Positions 46,840 to 58,100 of a stretch of 64,000 nt of DNA are shown here, one piece after another (the stretch's first letter is position 1; each line of letters begins with the position of its first letter). The stretch lies in the sequence record OP557969.1, one strand, 5' to 3'. The notes beneath the pieces are model-generated. The model was given only the letters and a program-made list of their open reading frames with translations. It was not told the DNA's origin and did not search any database. Made by a program: the position numbers and the translations under genes.

Positions 46840-49128
46840 ATGAATCTTACTCAATTGTTCAAAAAAAGCGACGAACTAGCAACATCCCTAGGTCATACTT
46901 TCTTGACTATTGACCATGTGAGTGCTACAGTACTGACTATTGATAGTATCAAGGGCGTGTTCGAAGAAATGAACATCGATGCTGACAAATTGCATAGTCG
47001 ACTGATGAACTATCTTAAAAATACAACGGTTCCAAGTGCACCAAAAAGTACACTCGATGAAGATGCTAATCGCACTTCACTTCTGGTGAACCGTGTTGTA
47101 CATGAGCTTTCGAAAAAATCAGTCATTGAACAACTAAAAAGTGATGATTTTTCGATTGATGCATATTTTGTTCTATTTGAATGTTTATCATTCCCAAACA
47201 CTGCACTTGAAGCTGCTTTGAAAGAAGAAGGCGTTAGCTGTACCGAAGCTGCTCGTGCACTACAGAAACACGTTGAGGCACTGGAAAAGGGTATCAACCT
47301 TCAAAGTATCAATGACGAACCTACTGGAGATAAAAAAGTGGCTCAACCACAGCAATCATCTAAACAAAAAGGTTTAGCAGACTATACAACAAACCTAACG
47401 GCACTTGCAAAAGAAGGCAAACTAGACCCAATGATTGGTCGCCAAAAAGAGCTATCTGCATTGATTGAGACTCTTGCTCGCAAAACCAAAAAGAATGCCA
47501 TCCTGACTGGTGAAGCTGGTGTTGGTAAAACACAAATCATCGACGGTCTTGCACAAGCAATTGCTGATGGTAATGTACCAGAGCACTTAAAAGATGTTGA
47601 AATTCTTTCCCTAAATGTTGGTGCGTTGACTGCTGGGACTAAGTATCGTGGTGAATTTGAGGAACGTATCGATAATTTACTAAAAGAACTAAAGAAACGT
47701 GAAAACACAATTGTTTTCATTGATGAAATCCATATTATGGTCGGAGCAGGTTCTGCAAGCAACGGTTCAATGGACATGAGCAATATGCTTAAACCAGCAC
47801 TATCACGTGGTGAGATTCGTGTAATTGGTGCAACAACATACGAAGAATATCGTAAAAACATCGAGAAAGATAGTGCATTGACTCGTCGTTTTATGAAAAT
47901 TGATGTTGTTGAACCGTCAATCGATGAAACTCGTGAAATTGTGAACGGTCTTAAATCAACTTATGAAAAATTCCATAACGTTGAGTTTACAAAAGATGCA
48001 ATGGATGCAGTAATTTCTCTCAGTGAGAAGTTCTTGAAAAATAAACACTTCCCAGATAAAGCAATTGACCTAATGGATGCTGCTGCTGCGAAAGTGCGTT
48101 CACGTGATAATAATAGTAAACTAATTACAGAGAATTTGATTCAAGAAGTTGTTGCTGGTATTGCTAACTTGGATATCAACGTGGTTGCATGTACAGAAAG
48201 TGAACGTATGCGTAATCTACCAGATGCACTACGTTCACGTGTTTACGGACAAGAAGAAGCGATTCAAAAATTGGTTGATAATGTAATGGTTGCTCGTGCT
48301 GGTCTACGTGATAAGTCGAGTGTTCAGGGTGCTTTTATGTTTGTTGGTCCGTCAGGTACTGGTAAAACAGAAATTACAAAAGCATTAGCTGAAGCAACGG
48401 GTTCAGAGCTTGTTCGTTTTGATATGTCTGAGTTTTCTCAAGAACATACTGTTTCAAAACTAATTGGTTCCCCTCCAGGTTATGTTGGTCACGATTCTGG
48501 TAATGGTTTGCTATTGGATAAGATTGAGCAGTTTCCTAATGCCATTCTACTACTCGATGAAATCGAGAAAGCAGATCGTAAAGTACTACTAACCTTCCTA
48601 CAGGTTCTGGACGAAGGACGTTTGACTGGCTCACAAGGTAAAACTGTTTACTTCAATAACGTAACTGTTATTATGACAACCAACCTTGGTGCGGCTGATT
48701 CAACAAAGCGTAGTATTGGGATGAGTGGTAGTGAAAGTGCACAAGACAAGGCAATTAAAGCATTCTTACCACCAGAATTCATTAACCGTATTGACAGTAT
48801 TGTTACGTTTAATGAACTAAGTAGTGAAGCAATTGACAGTATCATTGATAAATTCATGGGAAGTTTGAATGAACAAGTTAAACATCGCAACGTAAAAGTT
48901 TCACTAACGAAAGCTGCACGTGGATGGCTTGCAAAAAATGGTGTTCAGGTAGGTATGGGTGCACGACCAATGAAACGTACAATTGAACAAAACATTCGCG
49001 TACCACTAGCGAAGGAAATGTTGTGTGGTTCACTGGTAAATGGTGGTAACATTACATTTGATGTTATCAATGACAAACTTGGTATTAAACCAAAACGTAC
49101 TAAAGCAGTTGAAAAAACACTAGCTTAA
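46840..49128 (+). CDS. clpA: ClpA-type Hsp100 AAA+ chaperone/protease ATPase subunit
   Basis: LDPMIGR, GEAGVGKT, KYRGEFEER, FIDEIH, FPDKAIDLMD, GPSGTGKTE, RFDMSEF, LIGSPPGYVG, GARPM; no ClpB M-domain; SIGM loop. Confidence 0.93.
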   Translation: MNLTQLFKKSDELATSLGHTFLTIDHVSATVLTIDSIKGVFEEMNIDADKLHSRLMNYLKNTTVPSAPKSTLDEDANRTSLLVNRVVHELSKKSVIEQLKSDDFSIDAYFVLFECLSFPNTALEAALKEEGVSCTEAARALQKHVEALEKGINLQSINDEPTGDKKVAQPQQSSKQKGLADYTTNLTALAKEGKLDPMIGRQKELSALIETLARKTKKNAILTGEAGVGKTQIIDGLAQAIADGNVPEHLKDVEILSLNVGALTAGTKYRGEFEERIDNLLKELKKRENTIVFIDEIHIMVGAGSASNGSMDMSNMLKPALSRGEIRVIGATTYEEYRKNIEKDSALTRRFMKIDVVEPSIDETREIVNGLKSTYEKFHNVEFTKDAMDAVISLSEKFLKNKHFPDKAIDLMDAAAAKVRSRDNNSKLITENLIQEVVAGIANLDINVVACTESERMRNLPDALRSRVYGQEEAIQKLVDNVMVARAGLRDKSSVQGAFMFVGPSGTGKTEITKALAEATGSELVRFDMSEFSQEHTVSKLIGSPPGYVGHDSGNGLLLDKIEQFPNAILLLDEIEKADRKVLLTFLQVLDEGRLTGSQGKTVYFNNVTVIMTTNLGAADSTKRSIGMSGSESAQDKAIKAFLPPEFINRIDSIVTFNELSSEAIDSIIDKFMGSLNEQVKHRNVKVSLTKAARGWLAKNGVQVGMGARPMKRTIEQNIRVPLAKEMLCGSLVNGGNITFDVINDKLGIKPKRTKAVEKTLA

Positions 49129-49133
49129 AAAAC

Positions 49134-49162
49134 AAAAGGAGAGCATTTTGCTCTCCTTTTTT
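49134..49162. terminator. Bidirectional terminator
   Basis: AAAAGGAGAGCA-TTT-TGCTCTCCTTTTTT between convergent genes. Confidence 0.9.
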
Positions 49163-49163
49163 A

Positions 49164-52100
49164 TTACTTAACTATTAATATTTTTTGAATATCATTACCA
49201 CGAACTCGTAGACTGTTAGTATACACAGAAAGGTCTATTGTATAACTATTTTGAGTATAACGTTTAAACTTATCATAACCGCCCAAATTAATTCCGTTGA
49301 AAGAATATGTAGTATCATGTTTGAAATCGTGTTCTGCACTGTACATTACTCCACGGAGTAAGTTGTTTGTATTTCTAACTTCAACTTTTTCATATCCAAT
49401 CGATATAATGTCACTCTTGTTAGCAGCGGAGCCTGATAACACATTATTTCTAACATTATAATGGCTTACGGAAAGAGGTTGTGCTACATAAGTTGTGTTT
49501 TCTTCACTAATGGTTGTTATGTTAGTGATGGTAGCGTCAGCCACATCAATATACATACTATCAACCATTGGATATTCATACACCCACACACCTTCATTAT
49601 TTTTTGTCGGTTTGATATCTTTCGCATCATATTCAATCACGTTAATTTCTAAACAATCCGGCATTTTAGTTCTTACTAATTCACTAAGAACACCTTCCCC
49701 TGTAATTGGTAGATTATAACCGTTGTCTATAGTAATACCATCATCATTAAATATTTCATTTGATACAACCCAAACATCAACATCATCAGGTGTTACTCCG
49801 TCATTATACTTACCACCATTTAAAGTAGTATCATAAAAAACGTCATAATTAATCACATCAATGGTGTAATTTCTGTTTTGCTCATATAATTTAATATCAC
49901 CCTTGGTAAATTCTGGGTCAGCAAATGTTCTAACACGAACAATGTTCAATGCAAGATGTTGTACTGGCTGATTCAGTTGTCCAAGTGTGATGTTATCATA
50001 TCGAAGAACATTACCAGAACTATCAACCAACTCAATCGTTTCTTTTCCTGTAGTTCTTACAGTGAATAGAATAGGAGTTGTATTATGTTTGATATTAGAC
50101 ACACGTAATATGGTTTCCCATGTACGATTTTGATATCGAATAAAATCTTCACCATCCGGTGTGAAAATCATCACCTTATCACCATCAGATAAGTCACTGT
50201 CAACGATTTCAGCCTCAGTTAAGCTATTAATAGAACGTACACGATAGAAATATTTTTCTTCAAACGGTGATGCCGTTTTATTAATATCATGTTCAATCTT
50301 AGCATATGAAGGAATACTAACAATTGCTTCTGTATGTTTATATGGGTTGATAATTGCCATACCCTCGGTTTTATATCTGCTATTATTACGCAATTGCACT
50401 AGTGATTCAGTATCAAATCCATAACCATCAACAGTGAATCTAATATGCCCAACTGCACGACTAGCTGGATTTATTTCAGATATATCGATAATATAAGGAT
50501 CAACTTCATCATCTTTAACTTCCCATTTGATAGCTGAAGTTTGTGATTCTAATGCAAGGTTGTCAAATGCATTCATATCATTGAAGAACTTAGCTTCAGC
50601 AATACTATCAATTATATATTGATAATCCGAATACATAGGGTTATTTTGATCTTGTGGTAAATCATCTAGATTTATTTCAGCAAGTTTAATCATTTCACCA
50701 TTAGTAATGAAATAATCTTCCATGAAATCATCAATACTTTTATCATCTGGTATACTTTGGTATTCACCATTGATATTTAAGTAGACATGTTTTCTTGGCA
50801 TCATAGTAATAGCATAGATATCAATAGGTGTTTTTGAAAGAATTTCTTCTGCTTTTTCATACATATCAGCAGAGTCTTTATCAAACAACCCTCTCATGGC
50901 TGCCAGTACATGGACCGCATCGGAATAGAAACGTGTATCACCACCAATTTCATCATAACGATAAACATATACACCGTATTCAACTTCAAGTTTCACTTTA
51001 ATATCATGTTCAGATGCATCTGGATATTTTTCTGTAATAAAAGAAATATATTTTTCATATAATTCTTTACTTATTTCAAAATATCCATAGTTATAATCAT
51101 TACTTGAAGAAAAACCTAATGGTAGTCTAGTACTTGGGTTATCATTATAAACCAAACCACTAAATCCACAGCCAACCTCATCATGAATCTTATCATCACT
51201 GATATCTTTATAAAGTTTCAAACGGTTTGCTAATGTATTGTACTGAACATAGTGTCGAAGGTCAGTAAACATTTCATTATGCGTTGATTCGTTATAAATG
51301 CGTTCAAGTGTAGCAGTAAATTCATCAGTTGCTTCTAAATCATCAGCATGTTCTTTATACCACTGGTTTACACCATTTGCAGTTCCTAGTGTTACATCTA
51401 ATTCTGGATAGTACGTTTGTAATAGATACGCATTAACCAAGTCAAATGATTGTTCATTATACACAGGGTAAGAATATATATAACGTTGTAATTCATAGGT
51501 ATTAACAGAATCTTTTTCATTTGATTGATACTTATTATTAACACTAATCAACTCATTAATGTTTGCCAAATCTTTATTCGGTTTACATTGAATATTATCA
51601 TAATGCATAATAATATCAATTTCTTGAAATCTTCTATTTGGTGCAATAAAATCACTAGGCAGAGAACCTACTTTCTCCCATTTTTTAGTGGTTTCATTAT
51701 ATTGAGCGTACTCATAATCCCAAATATCCTTTTCAGTTTTAACCCACGAACCATCAACAAAAATATACCCATTAGGATCTAAATCATTACAAAGACCTTT
51801 GATTAAGTCATCATCAGACGTTTTTTGTTCTATCTGTGAACGGATTTTTGTACGATATGGTTTCACCTCTTCAAAGTACTCAACAATTTGGTTAATCAAA
51901 TTATCATTTGAATAGTTTTGTACCAAAGATTGTTCCAAACCAACAATATAGATATAGGATGTTTTAAATACCCAATCAACAACACCCTGTTCTACGTGTA
52001 CATATTTGACCATATCAAAAACAATTTCACTTTGGTGTAAATCGAAAGAATTTTTTAGCAAAGCAAGTGCTTTTCTAATATTAATTTCACGATTACTAAG

Positions 52101-55100
52101 TGAACCGTCCTCATTATGAACATTATAATCTACATAAAACAAATCGTTAAGCTCAATAGTACTACGTTGTCGCCCAATAGCTTTCCAATAAATTGAATCA
52201 CGTGATTGAGATTTGATATATAAAGTCCAAATGTTTTCACTATCTGTGACTCTAATTATATCACCAACTTGATAGTTTTTAGCATTTGCTTCTTCTAAAC
52301 TTATCTCTTGGATGTAAGCAGTTTTGCTATCATACCCAACATCATACCAATCTGCATAAGACCAGTATTGAGTCATATCTAATGATGTTCCGAGTGATTC
52401 AACATAATCCGATTGCTTAATCATTTTATGTTGTCCTTCACCTTTATTTTCTAAAGTTATAGTAACAACACTACCTGCATTAGCTGGACTATTCATTAAC
52501 TGAATATATCCGTTTTCATCGAAGTGAATAAAATAAACAGCACTAGTTGATAATGGAGTCGGTAGATAACCGCTAGAACTTAAAATAACAGCGTCATTTT
52601 CTTTAAATTTATCCTTTTCAACTGCAATTACAAGTTCATTATTATAAGTTAATACACGGAACGAAACCTCATTAGGGTTAACTTCTGTAGTTTTAACATT
52701 AAACACATCTTCCATAACAACACTATTAGTAGTTATGTTTTGTGATCTATAATAATTATTTGCACTTTCTACAAAGTTTCTACGTGCCTCTATTATATTC
52801 TGGAACCAAGTTTTATTAGAGCCTAAACCAGTGTCAACTTCTGGATATAATAAATCTACAACCTTACCTGACTTCGTAGTTTCTTGACCAATTAGAGAGT
52901 TCCACATAGAGTCCCAAATTAGTGGGTTAAAGTTGTAACTTTCACCCTCTTTGCAAAGTTGATATTGGTCATGTTTAACAACTTCTGTATTGTCCATATA
53001 GTAAGAAATAGTCAAAACACTAGTATCATCATTAACTTCAAACTGCATATTACTAAGAATAAAAGAGTTTTCATTAATTGGTGCGAACCAAGGAATGTTC
53101 AACTGTGATGGATCTTTAATAATACGTGCAATGTCAGTACATGATTTTGTTCTGGTATGAATAGGTGGTACATAAATTGTATCACGTACCCAGAAATAGT
53201 ATTTTGTTACATAACTGTCAGTGGAGCTATCATATTCCAAAAATGTACTATAATTATCTTCAAGTGCTGTTCCACTTGGAAGATACATATTATTATTTTT
53301 GTTTTTCTTAGCAACATCTTTACAGTACTTATCCCAGTTATATGGTTCTACTGGTGAACAAACCCATTCCAACACATCAATAGTACTATGTGGCAACAAA
53401 CGACCCCAGTTGTAACGTTTATATTCATTGGTTGCGTCAATATCAACATTTCCATCTGCATCATAAATGGCACGAGTATAATCCAAATAAAAAGCGGTGC
53501 TAGTGTTCCACCATACTTGACCAACTTTTTCAGCACCCCACGCCTGAACCAATTCGCCATTGCTATTATATTGAGCAGGGTCGATTGGTGAAGTATATGT
53601 TACGTTTTGCATTGCTGCACCAGGAATAACACCATTAATTGGGTCATAAACATTTAGATATAATGCAGTAATGTTTGTACGTTCATCATATGTAGTTGGA
53701 CGTTCAAACAAAGTACTTTGTGGTGCTTTAAAACTATATTTTTTATCAATATATGCTTGACGCTCTTCAGTACTCACAAAACGCGAAACATAACGATACA
53801 AACGAGGGCGTGTATCTGGGTCAGTAAATTCGATATTAATTGAAGTATCAAATGGAACCACCATAACTTTGGAATCATCCCCAGCAGTATAATATTGACT
53901 TTCTACTGTTAAAGTATCTGGCATAAAGTTAGTTTCGTCCACAAAATAATAGTAATCACCATCTTCAAGAGGGATATCATCAGATAGAGTTACTTTACAG
54001 AATTTCTCAGCGTAAACATCTGTGGTTTCGATTGGTGTAATAGAAACCATTTTAACATTAGTGTCAATTAATTCAAAAATGTTCCATAACCCATTTCCAT
54101 CTTTGAACATCCATACTGATTCAGGATTTTCACCTTTACCATTGATATACAACATACGGTCATTGAATGCAGTACTGAAATCTTTCGTAGTATAAGATAC
54201 TTCATCTAATGTAACTGGACCAATATCAGGCAGTTGGATGTGTTCACTTCTACCACTACGCATTGGGAAAGAGAATTTACCATTTGGACGAGTAATCCAT
54301 TGTGGGTCTTTTCCTTGTTCACCAAAGAATACAATATTGTTTCCATTACCATTTGATGTTGCATTTTCATCAAAAGACATCATTTGTGGCTGCTGCTTAA
54401 ATTGGTCATTAATCAATTTAAATTGAAGGTTTTTCTTTCCATCGATGTTACCATATGTACCAACTTTAAACGCCCATTCTTGTAATGCTTTATATTCATC
54501 AGTATCATAGGATTTAGAAACACGAAGAACACGTTCTAAAACTTGGTTTGTACCTTTGTCATGAATAAATCCTTTATAGAAATCAACACGACTTACATCA
54601 CTACTAATCATACGTTGTAGATAATCACGAGATTGATAACCAATCAAATGGCTAGACAATTCTTGTAATTGTACATCGCTAACGGGATGTTCATTGTCAT
54701 AGTAATGTTGAAAATCTGTTACTAGAGTTTCAAATGATGGTATTGTACCAGATTCCAAAATAATAAAACCAGGTGCTTGTAATCTACCAGTCCATGAACC
54801 AGTAATGTACCCATACATTTTAATTAGTTCCTGGATAGAACCATAAGTTGGTTGATAGATATAATCACCAAAAATAGTCTTATCATCAAATATAACAGCA
54901 TGTTCATATGAACACAAACTTAAGCGGATTAATGCAATACGCTTATTAGAATCGGTTGTTCTAACAGTGAATATATTACCAATACGTGAAGTTTCGATTT
55001 CATATTGACGAATACCTTGGTTATTATCATCAAGCAATGACCACACACCACCATTATTTTGTGTAATAGACTGTACTGAACCAAAATCCGAACCAAACTT

Positions 55101-58100
55101 AGCATTTGCAGCACTTGGTGTACAAGAGATAAATTCGCCAGTTACCAGAGGACTCTGACTCCATATCACAAAATCTTTAGCAATAGTGTGCCAATCTTGC
55201 TGAATACCATCTTGATTAACATCTTCGAAAATCCAGCCATGTTCTTTAAGATACTCACCATATCCACAAATAAAAGTGTATACTTCTTGATAACTATTGA
55301 AAATAGTCCCATATTCAATAGAAGCCTCAGACTTCCATTCATTATAATGAACAATATTACGGTTTTCCAATTTAAGAGTTACTTTTCTTCCATTTTTTAC
55401 TGGAAGTTTATATTTAAATTTCGCACCAACCAAATCATATCCATCAATTTGATATGCACTACCATTCCATGTAATTTTGATGGCACTCATCTGTTCATCG
55501 CGAATGTTATTCGAACGCACCAGACCAATCGTTTGGTTTTCTTGTGAAATAAGACCAAATGATTTAGCGTTGAATGTTAATTGATCTGCTTTAGTAAAGC
55601 CACCAATTTTATGTCCCACATTTACGTAAGACGAACGTACAACATCTCCATATTTTGTAGTAATATTTTTATTTTGATACATCAAATAATCACTAACAAA
55701 CATTTGATATCCAATTGTTCTTGTGTTATCTTCACCATGAACAGTTGTGTTTTTATCAAAATTCACACGATTGCGGGTATCCCCGTACAGAAATTGTTCA
55801 CCAGTGGTGATAATTTCTTTCAAATTGTCATTACGGGTATCCCAATAATAGTTGGCAAATTGTGCAGGTTTAGCTTTATACAAAAGTAACATTTGGTCAT
55901 ATGCAAACAATGTGGTGTTCATATACGTAAATTCCATATCACCCATGTCGCCATACGCCCAAGGTTCTGCTCGGTGAACTAAAGATCCAGACACTAATCC
56001 TAAAACTTCAGGAGCAATATACTCAACCACACAAATATCTACACCGGATGATGTTTTATTTCCAGTTTTAGTAATTTTAAATGGTTGTACACCAAATCTT
56101 TTATATTTGTCATACTGACCACGGCGGTCGCCATATAAAATTGTCCCAGTACTACTATCGCCGATTGTATCATTTACATCCCAAAGTCCACTAGGAACCA
56201 AATCACCTTGTTCATCAGTTACAAGTGCCTCATATACATAAACTACATCACCATCACGTTCACCAACTTGGACAGCGGTTGGTTCATACTCTTGGTTCCA
56301 CCAAGTAGGACGTTGTGTAAACCCAAACATTTCCCATGGATGTGTAGCAGGGCGATATGTACCATATTGATCAGTATAGATTGCACGCCATGAACCACGA
56401 GCAGGAATTTCAGTACTTTTACCATCAACAACATAATAGGTTCCAGTATAGTTCCATGTTCTCCAGTTATTAGGATCATAATCATGTGTACTATTACTAA
56501 TACCATTAGATGCAGTGAAGTTAATATAACCACGTAATAGAAGTGTTTGTTTTTCTTCTGCACTATATTCAGTTTTTGTAAAATATGGTGTAGGGAAAAG
56601 ATCATCACTATTCAATACAGGGACATAATCAACATCTTTGAATTTATTGTCAATACTATTGAAAATTCTATTTTCAAGTTCATATACAACATCATCCATT
56701 TTATCAACACCATTGATAACACGGTATGCTTTAGAAATAATACCAGTATGGCTGATATTATAATAGCTAGGTTTACTACCAGCAGTTAGGAATGTTGCTT
56801 TCTCAGGAACGTATGCTTGTAGAATACCTAAAAACTGTGGAGTTGGTGGTATAAATGCACGAATAAGACCAGATGTACTACCCACATTGTCATAATAGAA
56901 TGGGAATGAACTATCACGACCCATATTAATAGTTGCCAAAATAGAATCAACGATGTTAGCTGCACTATTTTGTAAAAAGTTAGTTGGGTTTTCATTGTAC
57001 ATTCTAAGCATTTGTGTATTAAATTTATTAATGAATCTGAAATATTCAGATTGCATAAACATAGTTGCTTCAAATAAATCAATATCTTCATTTGCAGTAT
57101 GAGCCATCAATGGGAGCATAGAAGCTTCATTTTGAATAATTTTAGTTCCTACTCCATTATTCACTAATCCCTTAGCTAAACGTTCTTCATAATCGTTGAA
57201 GTCATCAGCATAACCACTAGTGATATTCTGTTGAATAATATCCTGAAAATGAAGAGTATAGTCTCCTTGATTAATATATATAATATTGGAGTTATATGGG
57301 TTATTTTGTAAGTTAATTGGAACTTCATATGCACCTAATTCTTTATCAGGTGTTACAGTACTGCTATAAGTTCTAATTTGAATAACAGAATCATCATCCA
57401 ATTCAACACTGTTATCGATTGTGATACTTTGCACTTGACCTTTTAATACATTCTTGGTATATTTGGAGATATTAACACCATCAACAACAACTTCAATAAT
57501 ATCAGAGTCATTGTCTAAAACTTTTTGTGCCAATTCAAAAGTATGGTCATATTTTAAAACCTGAATACCATCACCACTAATTTGATGCCAGTCCAAATAT
57601 GTTTCACGTTCAGCTTTATAGTACTGATATGTTTTATCAACTTCGATGACATATGCATACATACCCTCGACTGGTTCTTTAAACAGTTCCATATCATAAA
57701 CAGAACTAAAGACTCGATACATATCAGTACGTTTGACTTGAGGTGTCTGTTTTACAAATTGTTTAGAGAATTCTTTTGAACGCACCCAATCAGTTTGAAG
57801 ATTCATTTTATTATTTTCATCAATGATGTTATAATAATACAAACCACCGATTTCAACTTCAACACCAAGATGGTCATATGTATAACGTTGTGATTGTAAA
57901 AAGTTTTCATAAGTGTAATAGTTATAATCACCAAGTTCAATGTTATACCCATATACACTATCAGCCGCGTAGTTATAGTTGATTTTAAATCCAAATAATG
58001 GTGAACCTTTAAATGTACTGGATGGGTACGTGGTGCTGTTATCTAGTTTGATTCCATTACGATCATAAAGTTGGAATTGAGGAAAGACGTTAACACTTGG

